A DNA stretch of 64,000 nucleotides from Minisyncoccia bacterium (GTDB taxonomy: Bacteria > Patescibacteriota > Minisyncoccia > Phycocordibacterales > UBA1006): assembly GCA_044229075.1 (NCBI GenBank), contig JBGATS010000001.1:275-64274 (forward strand). The letters run 5' to 3'. The position numbers and the translations under genes were made by a program. Under the pieces are notes generated by a model. The model saw nothing but the letters and a program-made list of their open reading frames with translations. It searched no databases and was not told the DNA's origin. The first letter of the stretch is position 1, and the number at the start of each line of letters is the position of its first letter. Positions 39,691 to 48,473 of the stretch are shown piece by piece.

Positions 39691-40896
39691 TTACTCTTTC
39701 TCTTCTTTTTTCTCAAAATTCTTTCGTAATTTCATTGCAAAATCACCATCGGAATTTTTTAATACCCCTAAAGACTGTGCGTGCTGTATACCACTACTAA
39801 GTGGTAGTAATACTTTTTGTCTTGGGTTTATTCCTTGTTTATCTAACTTGTTGTGTCTATCAAAAATAATAGCAGTTTTTTCATCAATTGGTGATACATC
39901 ATTCAAATCATCTGCAACAAACTCTGGTTCGATATCTAATTCTGATTTTATTTTTTCAGATAAAATTATTGTAGGAAATAATAATTTTATCTTTTCTTCT
40001 TTAATTGCATCATCTATATAACCCTCTATTGTTTTACCTTCTCTAATGGCATATTCTTTGCTGTTGTCTTTAAATTCATCACTCCTATAATAGTTAACAT
40101 TTCTTGTTTTTTCAAGCAAGGCATCTAATTTTATCATTTTTTCTTTTAAAAAATCACTCTCTAGGAAATTTTTAGCTTTGTTTATTATTTCTTCTTTTTG
40201 ATCTACTGGAATATTATTATACATGTCTTCAATAGAGTATTTACTTGTCACATCACCTACATGATCTCCAATATTTGAAATAGCCAAAACGACACGGTTT
40301 ACTTCTGGAACCTGATCTTTAATAAGAGATACTACTTCCCCAGCGTCTACATCATCAAAAAGTCTTTTAAATTCATTACCTCGTTGTAATGAATTTGCAA
40401 CAACAGAATCAAGCTGACTTATTTCTATTCCTTTGTTTTTAAGAATATCGTTTAAAGTACCTCTCAAGTCAACTTCTCCATTGTCAGAATTTTTAAAATT
40501 AGTATTCTCTGGAAAATCATCTTCTGTTAGTTTTTTGTATCCAAATACAGCATTATAACAAGTATTATCAAGAGTAACTTTCGAATCTGAATGTTCTAAA
40601 ATCTCGTTCAAAATAACTTTTGCATTTGGCTCTTCTCCTGCTTGGAAAAGTGGTTCTATGTCTGGAAACATTTTATTATAAAGTGCATTTCCACGAAAAA
40701 TTGGGTAATATTCAAGCTCACCAAGTTTCTCTTTGTTTTCTCGATTTTCGTGATGAGCTCTTTTTGCTTCTTGATATTCTTCAGTCTGTTGCGCTTCTTC
40801 TAAAGTCTCCTGTGCTTTTTCAGGATCAGTTTTGCGAATCTCTTTTAAATCTTTCGCGAGGTTATCACGATATTCTTTTGCATTAAAATTTTCCAT
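39691..40896 (-). CDS. Acidic/Lys-rich hypothetical protein
   Basis: Start MENFNAKEYRDNLAKDLKE at 40896; terminator at 39630-39660. Confidence 0.7.
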   Translation of the reverse strand: MENFNAKEYRDNLAKDLKEIRKTDPEKAQETLEEAQQTEEYQEAKRAHHENRENKEKLGELEYYPIFRGNALYNKMFPDIEPLFQAGEEPNAKVILNEILEHSDSKVTLDNTCYNAVFGYKKLTEDDFPENTNFKNSDNGEVDLRGTLNDILKNKGIEISQLDSVVANSLQRGNEFKRLFDDVDAGEVVSLIKDQVPEVNRVVLAISNIGDHVGDVTSKYSIEDMYNNIPVDQKEEIINKAKNFLESDFLKEKMIKLDALLEKTRNVNYYRSDEFKDNSKEYAIREGKTIEGYIDDAIKEEKIKLLFPTIILSEKIKSELDIEPEFVADDLNDVSPIDEKTAIIFDRHNKLDKQGINPRQKVLLPLSSGIQHAQSLGVLKNSDGDFAMKLRKNFEKKEEKE

Positions 40897-40942
40897 ATAG
40901 TTTTTGTATAAAAAGTTAATAATAAAGTGGAGAGACAATACC

Positions 40943-40971
40943 ATTTTACCCCCCCCCCGATACAAAGTCAA
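40943..40971 (-). promoter_or_regulatory. Promoter with G10 homopolymer in the -35/-10 spacer
   Basis: TTGACT-ttgtatc-G10-TAAAAT, spacer 17 nt. Confidence 0.65.
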
Positions 40972-41097
40972 TGTTATATTTTCCTTGCTATTTTTATCTA
41001 TTTTGTCAATATTCGGCAAAATCGGGGCAACCGGGAGTGGTCGCGCATTCGACACGCCCACGTATTGGCTCATTCAGAGCCTCTTAGTTCTGTTTTT

Positions 41098-41300
41098 GTG
41101 CGCGAGAGAGGACTTGGTCACACATAATTTTTCTGACGAAAAATTTGCTCGACCCTGCCTCGCGGCGTTCGCCTTTTCGCTTTCGCTCAAAACTCACGCA
41201 ACGCTCCAACTTTCAAGTCCTCACGTACGCAATGCAGGTTGCGTACTTCTCTAAACAAGTATACTAAAAACAGCGAAATAATCGCTGTTTTTAGTATATA
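41098..41300 (-). repeat. tRNA-Leu-associated ~200 bp structured element ending in a 19-bp copy of the tRNA 3' end
   Basis: 41098-41116 identical to 44882-44900; same layout as the Val and Ser elements. Confidence 0.8.
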
Positions 41301-41532
41301 GTGCCGGTACAGGAACTCAGCTTGAACTCCTCAATTCATTAGAATATATGCTCAATATGGATAAAAAGCTATCAGAATTTAGCGTATCTCTTACAGAAAT
41401 ATATGAAGGTAAGCATACAGTAAGTACACTACATATCCCTAACCTTATTTTATAGATCTTCATATTGTTCTGTATTTACACAACAATATACATATCTTGT
41501 AAATAGTTAGAAAAAAGAGTATACTTAACCAT

Positions 41533-41673
41533 ATGAACAAGAAAGATAATCTCTCTGAACTGGTCCAAATAGTGCAGGATCAGAAAAAGCCAGAACCTAA
41601 AAATGATACTCGTGTAATTACCAATGACGGGACCGTGGTTATTTTGGATACAAAATCTCCAAAAACTACATAG
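41533..41673 (+). CDS. Small hypothetical protein (46 aa)
   Basis: MNKKDNLSELVQIVQDQ..; TATACT about 7 nt upstream of ATG. Confidence 0.4.
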   Translation: MNKKDNLSELVQIVQDQKKPEPKNDTRVITNDGTVVILDTKSPKTT

Positions 41674-41930
41674 TTGTGTATCTACAGCATAATCTGTGTT
41701 TTTACCTCCTTAATTCCTTTGTTTTACAATGTATACGGGTAGTTGTATCTTGAACGTAGTGAAAGGTACCATACCCCAGGGAAAACGATTAAAAAGTTAC
41801 CGAAGTTTATTTCCTAAAATATCCATACATAGTAACTAAAAATTGAAAATATAGACCACACTTCGTGTAAAAATACACTTCAAAAAACTCTATTTTCTGA
41901 TATACTTTGAAGGTAAAATTTAATAAAAAA

Positions 41931-42104
41931 GACCTAACCCCTAGAAGTCATTTTAGGATATGGTCGCAAATCCAATCACGAATAAAGAACTCCTCGTCAG
42001 AGTTCCGTGATTGGTCGTGCAAGGAAACTTGTGCGGAGCCTATGGCTCGCTTCTGATGGGGAGCTTTTTGTTACCCAAATGAAGTTTAAATCCAATCACA
42101 TTTT
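41931..42104 (+). ncRNA. Unidentified structured leader RNA, copy 1
   Basis: Homologous to 63250-63448 with compensatory changes; CCUAA..UAUGG helix and GAAA tetraloop. Confidence 0.75.
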
Positions 42105-42593
42105 ATGAATTCATTTTTTACATTTCTCCTATTAATTTCTGTAATAGGTTTCATTATTGGCTTAATTAAGCCGACGTTACTAAAACTACACTCTAGAAAA
42201 CAATCGGCTACTATTTTTGGTATAGCAATTATAATCCTTTTTATACTTGTTGGTGCAACAGCTAAAAAAGTACCGGTCCCTGTTGTTGTAGAAGAAGTAC
42301 CCAAGGTGACAGAAACTAAACCAGCTGAAACTGTAACCAGCACTACCACACCAAATACAACCAATCGTGAAAGTATCCTTGCCCTCCTAAAAACCACTGC
42401 AAAAGCAAAATGGGGAGACAATTACCAAATGGTGAAATACGAATATGATAATCAAGTAGAAGCGTATGACTGGGTTATAGCACAAACTGCGTACCCAGAT
42501 ATTATGACTACCGCAAAAAGTAAGTGGGGTAATAATTATCAGATGGTGAAGTATGAGTATGAGAACCAAGTGAAAGCATTTAAAAGTTTATAA
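42105..42593 (+). CDS. Membrane-anchored protein with two KWG.NYQMVKYEY.NQV repeats
   Basis: 2 N-terminal TMs, Thr/Pro linker, tandem ~30-aa repeat. Confidence 0.75.
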   Translation: MNSFFTFLLLISVIGFIIGLIKPTLLKLHSRKQSATIFGIAIIILFILVGATAKKVPVPVVVEEVPKVTETKPAETVTSTTTPNTTNRESILALLKTTAKAKWGDNYQMVKYEYDNQVEAYDWVIAQTAYPDIMTTAKSKWGNNYQMVKYEYENQVKAFKSL

Positions 42594-42646
42594 ATAAAAA
42601 TAGCCACCTCAATTATGGGTGGCTATAATTTTTGAACATAATTCTA

Positions 42647-43135
42647 CTAAACTTCTTGCGGTGTTAATGCGATAAGTAGCGTGTTTGCCATCTTGATACC
42701 ATCGTCAGTATTTCTGAAAAACAATACGTCATCCGTAATATCCAACCAACCAACAAGTTTTTCATTTCTTAGTGGTTTACCTGAGACGATATCATTTAAG
42801 CCAGAATACTCACCGTGACCATCGTGATTAGGCGTCGTCCAGCTTTTAATTTTTTCAATATACTCATCTTTCTCAGATTTAGATATAAGTACTAAAAAGG
42901 TGGCACCACAAATTTCTTCAGTAAACAGCTCTTTATCTTTTTTATGAAAAATATTTTGAAGAGATTTAGGGATGGATCCAAATTCATATTCAGAAGCTCC
43001 CATATAATCAAAATCAACTATTTTTAGTAATTCTTTTTTTCCTTCGTTATTAAGTCCACGAAGAGGAGCAATACTGCCAAACGGATTTTCAAAACCTTTA
43101 GGAGGCATAAGTCTTTGAAGAAGATTTTTTCTCAT
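42647..43135 (-). CDS. Hypothetical protein (FDYMGASEYEFG motif)
   Basis: 162-aa ORF with TTGACT-17-TAATAT promoter. Confidence 0.65.
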   Translation of the reverse strand: MRKNLLQRLMPPKGFENPFGSIAPLRGLNNEGKKELLKIVDFDYMGASEYEFGSIPKSLQNIFHKKDKELFTEEICGATFLVLISKSEKDEYIEKIKSWTTPNHDGHGEYSGLNDIVSGKPLRNEKLVGWLDITDDVLFFRNTDDGIKMANTLLIALTPQEV

Positions 43136-43266
43136 TTTTATTAATTTTTAATTTTATGAAATTTAAATATATATTAGCACGAAATAAATATAAAGTCAAC
43201 ACCATTTCATAAATTAAGCTTAGTATTTATATTCAAAAAATATCCCAAAAATGCTAAACTACCCGT

Positions 43267-44901
43267 ATGGAAAGCAATATAACCGTACAAGACCTTGCTA
43301 AACTCTTTCGTTCAGATATTGAACACAATGAAGCAACTCCTCAAACACTCAAATACGTAGTATATCTCCGTAAATCTACCGAAGAAAAAGGTAAGCAAAT
43401 CCGCTCTATTCCCGATCAAAAGAAAGAGTGTCTTGAATATGCAAAACGAGAAGGAATTAATGTTAAAGATATTGTCGTAGAAACACGATCCGCAAAAGAA
43501 AGTGGTACTCGTCCCTATTTTAAAAAAATGCTAGAGGATTTAAAAACTGGTAAATACAATGCAATCCTTGCGTGGCACCCCGATAGACTAGCTCGTAATA
43601 TGAAAGACGCGGGTGAGATTATAGATTTTTTAGATAGAGACTATATCCGTGATATGAAATTTGTCAGCTTTACCTTTTCAAATGACACGAGTGGTAAACT
43701 CTTACTCGGTATTACATTTGCAATGTCTAAAGAATACTCGGACAAGCTTTCTGATAACGTAACGCGTGGTAATACTCGAAAAATGGAAGAAGGTAAAATA
43801 GTAAGTTTTATTCCCAAAGGATATTACAAAGATAGCCGTGATTTTCCAAGACCAGACGGTGTGGCTTTTGAAGTTATTTCAAACGCCTTTCGTATGCGAC
43901 TAGAGGGTGAAACTATGGAAAGTATCGCGAAGAGTTTAAATACACAAGCACTACTCGTAAATAAAACTGCTGAAAATAAACTTGGAGTATATCGTAAACA
44001 GCAAGTAATGCGAATGTTAGAAAATCCATTTTATGCAGGTGTCTATTTACACGGAGAGAAAATAGAGATACTTGGTAATGGTTATGATTTCAAACCAATA
44101 ATTACCCCCGAAGAATATTTACTCATAAACAAGAAAACCGGAGAAAAGTCAGGTAAACTCAAACGGGTACTCCGTTTCTTTAAAAAAGAAGGAGTAAAAG
44201 CAGATCTATTACGCCAGTGTGTTTTATGTGCAGAATGTGGACACACTATGTCAGCTGGTATTATGACCAAAAAGACAAACAAAGGTATAGAGAATAGATT
44301 TCACTATCGGTGCGATCAGAAAGACTGTATATCGAGAAACAAGAATGTACGACCAAGTATCATAATTAGTTACGTAGCTGATTATATAGAAACTCACTTT
44401 AGTCCAAGTAGGGCAAAATGGGAGCATTATCAAGTAGAAGCCAAGAAAGACTTCGCACTACTCAAAAGTCGTCTTGTAGGTGAACTAACAGCTCTCACAG
44501 CCCATAAAACGGACCTTACAAACGGTATGACTGATACAAGACTAGAGTTACGTCGCTTAATAGAAGAAAATGGTAATGAGGAGCTACGAAAAGACTATGA
44601 AGTAGATTATATGAAAATGAGTAATGAACTTAAAGAGGTGGATCTTTTAATAACAGAATGTAAAGAAAAAACAAAAGAAAACCTTAAACTTCTGGACCAA
44701 ACAGAGTTTCTTGAACTTATGCAAAATCTCCCTAATTTTATTAGGAATACAAGAGATATGAAAGTTCTCGACGAAATCATTAGAAAAATCTTCTTGAACT
44801 TCACCGTAAACCAAAAAGGAGTAATAAGCTCAACACTTAATACTCCTTTCGATATGGTTTTAGGACCAAAAGTCCCATATAGTGCGCGAGAGAGGACTTG
44901 A
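43267..44901 (+). CDS. Large serine recombinase; 3' end overlaps tRNA-Leu antisense
   Basis: YLRKSTE catalytic motif, DRLARN, recombinase domain NPFYAG, CAECG..YRC zinc ribbon, coiled coil. Confidence 0.93.
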   Translation: MESNITVQDLAKLFRSDIEHNEATPQTLKYVVYLRKSTEEKGKQIRSIPDQKKECLEYAKREGINVKDIVVETRSAKESGTRPYFKKMLEDLKTGKYNAILAWHPDRLARNMKDAGEIIDFLDRDYIRDMKFVSFTFSNDTSGKLLLGITFAMSKEYSDKLSDNVTRGNTRKMEEGKIVSFIPKGYYKDSRDFPRPDGVAFEVISNAFRMRLEGETMESIAKSLNTQALLVNKTAENKLGVYRKQQVMRMLENPFYAGVYLHGEKIEILGNGYDFKPIITPEEYLLINKKTGEKSGKLKRVLRFFKKEGVKADLLRQCVLCAECGHTMSAGIMTKKTNKGIENRFHYRCDQKDCISRNKNVRPSIIISYVADYIETHFSPSRAKWEHYQVEAKKDFALLKSRLVGELTALTAHKTDLTNGMTDTRLELRRLIEENGNEELRKDYEVDYMKMSNELKEVDLLITECKEKTKENLKLLDQTEFLELMQNLPNFIRNTRDMKVLDEIIRKIFLNFTVNQKGVISSTLNTPFDMVLGPKVPYSARERT

Positions 44902-44966
44902 ACCTCCACCCCGTTGCCAGGACTACCACCTCAAGGTAGCTTGTCTACCAGTTTCAACACTCGCGC
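44883..44966 (-). tRNA. tRNA-Leu(GAG)
   Basis: Cloverleaf with GCGCGAG/CTCGCGC acceptor, anticodon loop TTGAGGT, long variable arm, GGTTCAAGTCC. Confidence 0.95.
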
Positions 44967-45017
44967 AATGAAGCCCAGTATACTGGGATTTATTTTTTTG
45001 TAAAGAAAAACTGCATT

Positions 45018-45467
45018 TTATGCAGTAGTTTCTGGAGTTTCTTCGATTACTTCGTCCATCATTTCTGATGCTGGTACAACCAGATCGTTTGATGATGAAA
45101 AGAAATCTTTGAAATTACGCATCTTGCGGCGGATCGCCTTGGTAACTTTATCTCGGATAAAGTATAATTTCGCACGGCGAACTTTTGCACGACGGATAAT
45201 ATCAATTTTTTCTATAGTTGGACTATAGAGTGGGAAAATTCTTTCCACCCCAACACCGTGAGAGATTTTGCGAACGGTGAATGTCGCACCTGCTTCTGTT
45301 CCATGTTTTCGAGCAATAACGAGACCTTCGAACATCTGTGTTCGAGTCTTGCCTTTTTCGACAATTTTTACATGGACGCGTACAGTATCTCCAACACGGA
45401 GATCCATCTCCTTGCGTACTGCAAGGGCTGCAGGAATGAATTGTGTATTTGTAATAACGGTATTCAT
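45018..45467 (-). CDS. rplS: 50S ribosomal protein L19
   Basis: GDTVRV, R.Q.FEG, TFTVRK...[17 protein letters not shown]; start 45467. Confidence 0.97.
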   Translation of the reverse strand: MNTVITNTQFIPAALAVRKEMDLRVGDTVRVHVKIVEKGKTRTQMFEGLVIARKHGTEAGATFTVRKISHGVGVERIFPLYSPTIEKIDIIRRAKVRRAKLYFIRDKVTKAIRRKMRNFKDFFSSSNDLVVPASEMMDEVIEETPETTA

Positions 45468-45600
45468 AGCTGTGTGATTAAATAATAACCTGGTGACATT
45501 AGCATGGAATGGAAAAATAATCAAGTCGGTAGAAAAATCAACTCTGAAACAAAAAAAGACTGTACGAACACAGTCTTCAAATTTTAAACGTTTATAATAC

Positions 45601-45783
45601 TTAGTCCTTTCCAGGTCCGCCAAGAGTGTAAATATCACTCTCCTCTTGTTGTTCTGTTTTTCTAAACTCTTTTGCACATCTTTCAAGATTTTCTATGAGA
45701 AACTTGAGAAATTTTAAAGATTTTTCTTTTTCAGGAAATAGTTTTTCTATTTTTCTGGATAAATCAACTTTTTCTTTTGCCAT
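45601..45783 (-). CDS. Small hypothetical protein
   Basis: 60-aa ORF directly after the RluA-family gene, same strand. Confidence 0.45.
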   Translation of the reverse strand: MAKEKVDLSRKIEKLFPEKEKSLKFLKFLIENLERCAKEFRKTEQQEESDIYTLGGPGKD

Positions 45784-45800
45784 ATTATTTTTCTTTTAAT

Positions 45801-46553
45801 TTACACCGTATTAATATGTTTGTCAATTACTTGTTGAAAATCTGGTGGGAGCGGTGCCTCAACAGTAACTAACTCTTTGTCCAGATCTCTGAAGGTAATT
45901 TTGCGCGCATGGAGCGCCACTCGATCAAAATCGAGGAGTCCGACTGTTTTTGGTGAATACAATCCATCACTCAGAATGGGTCGCTGAATTGATTTCATAT
46001 GAACCCGTAATTGATGCGTTCGTCCTGTTTCTGGGAATAATGATACCATCGAGTATTTATTCCCGATATCATCGGTAAATTTCTTGTTCGTCATGTAACG
46101 AGTAACCGCAGGTCGCATCATACCACGCGCGCCACGACCAGTAGTCCACAATCGAATATCTTTTGGGTGGCGACCAATCGGTTCATTAATCATTCCACGA
46201 TCGTCTGTCCAACCTGACACAATCGCAACATATTCTTTTTTTATTGTGTGATCTTGAAACTGCTTTTTCAAGTGTTCATAGGATTCCTGTGTTTTTGCAA
46301 TAATCATTACGCCCGATGTTTCTCGATCTAATCGATGCACAATACCTGGACGATCAATGGTGACCTGTTCACCTTTATACTCTATTGATAACGGTTCCCC
46401 AACACCGGTAATTTCTGGGTATTGTTCCAAGATCCAGTCACACAACGAATATTCCTCGCGTTTCCCATCTGGATGCACTACCAAACCTGCTGGTTTATTA
46501 ATCACCAGAATGTCTGTAGTATCCAGAAGGATTTGAGGGCTGGGTTTTTCCAT
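45801..46553 (-). CDS. RluA-family pseudouridine synthase
   Basis: NKPAGLVVHP, HRLDRETSG, ETGRTHQLRVH, LHA. Confidence 0.95.
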   Translation of the reverse strand: MEKPSPQILLDTTDILVINKPAGLVVHPDGKREEYSLCDWILEQYPEITGVGEPLSIEYKGEQVTIDRPGIVHRLDRETSGVMIIAKTQESYEHLKKQFQDHTIKKEYVAIVSGWTDDRGMINEPIGRHPKDIRLWTTGRGARGMMRPAVTRYMTNKKFTDDIGNKYSMVSLFPETGRTHQLRVHMKSIQRPILSDGLYSPKTVGLLDFDRVALHARKITFRDLDKELVTVEAPLPPDFQQVIDKHINTV

Positions 46554-46628
46554 AATGTAAAGTATGCATGAAAATAATTTTTTTACAAAAAAATAGTATA
46601 TTAATACTATTTTTTAGAATATATCTTA

Positions 46629-47990
46629 TCAAAGTGGTTTTTCTAGTTTTGAAAAATCTACTAATAATTCATTAAGTCGGTTACTAACAGGATCAGTAGT
46701 ATTATCTTCTAATAAATTTTTAATCTCTGGATATTTCCAGGAAAGTTCTGTTAACGAATTAATCATTGCGTCATATCGACGAAATACACTGTTTTGGGAA
46801 TTTTCGGCAAATTCAGAAAGAATACGACATTGATGAATAATTTGTTTCATTATCTTTAATTTTTGAGGATTTTTATAAAATGTTTCAAATAATTCTATAT
46901 TTTCTGAATTTTGTAATATTAACACTAACTCTTTTACGTCTTCCAACTGAAAACATATTAATATTTTTGGAACAATAAATTCGCTCAATAAATTTCCTTG
47001 GTAATCCATACCATATTTTATCTTTGTTTTGTATCCCTGTTGAATAGAGGAAAGTAGTCCAAAAAACTTTTGACGAAATTCCTCACTTTCAAGACCGCGA
47101 AAAGTTACGTCAATTCCAAGCCCAAGAAAATCACTCGATTCATCATGTTTTACAATTTCTAACGTACTATCAACCCCACGCTTTATATCGTCAAATTCTG
47201 AAGCGAGATTCATTTTAACCTCGTCACCAAAACATTTTACTTGATCAATAAGAAAAACCAACGCTCGTTCTGTTAATGTTGCAATTTTCTTTGCCTGTTC
47301 AAGTTTTCTCTGCTGATCTTTTTCTGGATGTTGTTTTTGGGTGAATAACTCTTTGGTTTTTTGAAGACTCTCGAAATCCTGTTTTGCCTCTTCTTCGCCG
47401 TTTTTCAACAATCCTCTCTCTGCAAATTTTGTGTAATATTCTAGACTTCCAGTATTGTTAATTGATTCTAGAAAACTAGTTTTCTTGTACAATCTTTCGA
47501 GTTCCTCTTGATTTTTAAAAATATTAGCTTTTGCAATTTCTTCATCCAAAAGGTTTGCTTCTATGATCTTTAATTGGTCTTGGCTAATTTCTGCTTGCTG
47601 TATTCCACTTAATTGAAAATATTCAGTTTTTACTTCTTGGAACACTTTTTCTACTTTTTGTTTCTTTTCTTTAATTGGTTCAGTAATAATTCCTGCGTTT
47701 CTGAGGGTGTCAATCACTTCTTCTGTATGTGCAGCTGGGTGTAGTTTTTTTATAATACCTGATATATATTCTGAAAGTTTTATAATGTTTTCTGGTGTAT
47801 CAAAAAAAGAAAAGTTGTTCATTTGTCCGGTCACGATGTATTTTTCAAAAAATTTCTTCGCAGCGAGCCACGAACTGGATGACGCTGTATCAGCGAAAAA
47901 ATTATGCGCATTCTCGATATCTTTATCAGAAAAAATATTTTGCGCGACCGACTTGTTGTTAAAAGGGTTTAAAAAATTTGAAGATAACAT
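46629..47990 (-). CDS. Hypothetical protein, possible PD-(D/E)xK-like fold
   Basis: 453 aa; SEFDDIKRGVD..LGIDVT motif. Confidence 0.65.
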   Translation of the reverse strand: MLSSNFLNPFNNKSVAQNIFSDKDIENAHNFFADTASSSSWLAAKKFFEKYIVTGQMNNFSFFDTPENIIKLSEYISGIIKKLHPAAHTEEVIDTLRNAGIITEPIKEKKQKVEKVFQEVKTEYFQLSGIQQAEISQDQLKIIEANLLDEEIAKANIFKNQEELERLYKKTSFLESINNTGSLEYYTKFAERGLLKNGEEEAKQDFESLQKTKELFTQKQHPEKDQQRKLEQAKKIATLTERALVFLIDQVKCFGDEVKMNLASEFDDIKRGVDSTLEIVKHDESSDFLGLGIDVTFRGLESEEFRQKFFGLLSSIQQGYKTKIKYGMDYQGNLLSEFIVPKILICFQLEDVKELVLILQNSENIELFETFYKNPQKLKIMKQIIHQCRILSEFAENSQNSVFRRYDAMINSLTELSWKYPEIKNLLEDNTTDPVSNRLNELLVDFSKLEKPL

Positions 47991-48055
47991 ATATTGTAAT
48001 TATATCACCTTTCAATTTTTTGTCATCCATGGTATGGTTCCATTATTGTTACCCT

Positions 48056-48127
48056 CTCCCTGTAGTTCAATGGATAGAACAGGAGACTTCTAAGCTCTTA
48101 ATAGAGGTTCGATTCCTCTCGGGGGGA
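48056..48127 (+). tRNA. tRNA-Arg(TCT)
   Basis: CTCCCTG/CGGGGGG acceptor, loop CTTCTAA, GGTTCGATTCC. Confidence 0.9.
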
Positions 48128-48177
48128 CTTTACTTGCAATTTCTGTGTTTTTTGCTAATATGATTATTATACCAATT

Positions 48178-48250
48178 GCGGGATTAGCTCAGTTGGTAGA
48201 GCAACTCATTTACACTGAGAAGGTCGGGGGTTCGAGTCCCTCATCCCGCA
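48178..48250 (+). tRNA. tRNA-Val(TAC)
   Basis: GCGGGAT/ATCCCGC acceptor, loop TTTACAC, GGTTCGAGTCC. Confidence 0.95.
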
Positions 48251-48450
48251 CAAAACAGTATGTCTGGACGCGATAGCGTTCAGGCATTTTGTTTTGTCGC
48301 AAGGGGTAGGGACGAGAAAAACGGAGGCGGTTTACGAAATTTCGAAGTATGAGAAATTTTGTCGCCGAGTTGGGGTCGCGAGTCAAAAATCAATGAGCTC
48401 GCGAATATGATTTTTGAGACTTGTGACCGAGTCTCTCATCCCGCACAAAA
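48251..48450 (+). repeat. tRNA-Val-associated ~200 bp structured element
   Basis: Ends in a 22/23 copy of the tRNA 3' end (48428-48450 vs 48233-48255). Confidence 0.85.
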
Positions 48451-48473
48451 TAAAAAACCACCCAGGTGGTTTT

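Larger units (their letters stand above)
41296..44885. mobile_element. 3.6-kb serine-recombinase integrative element at the tRNA-Leu 3' end
   Basis: Core ATATAGTGC at 41296-41304 and 44877-44885; removing it rejoins tRNA-Leu to its trailer hairpin; carries a large serine recombinase. Confidence 0.8.

Noticed and set aside
40904-41254. ORFs over 40904-41254 and the N-terminal extension of ORF 39691..41073
   Set aside because: They overlap the promoter and the tRNA-tail element; the real start is probably 40896.
41931-42070. Calling the island RNA a c-di-GMP-I or c-di-AMP riboswitch
   Set aside because: It shares only GCAAA and tetraloop/receptor features; helix order and core nucleotides do not match by eye.
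48251-48450. tRNA-tail elements as theta/HDV-like ribozymes or simple prophage attR scars
   Set aside because: No HDV nested double pseudoknot is recognisable, and simple scars would not share a core, a ~200 bp period and tRNA-specific internal complements.
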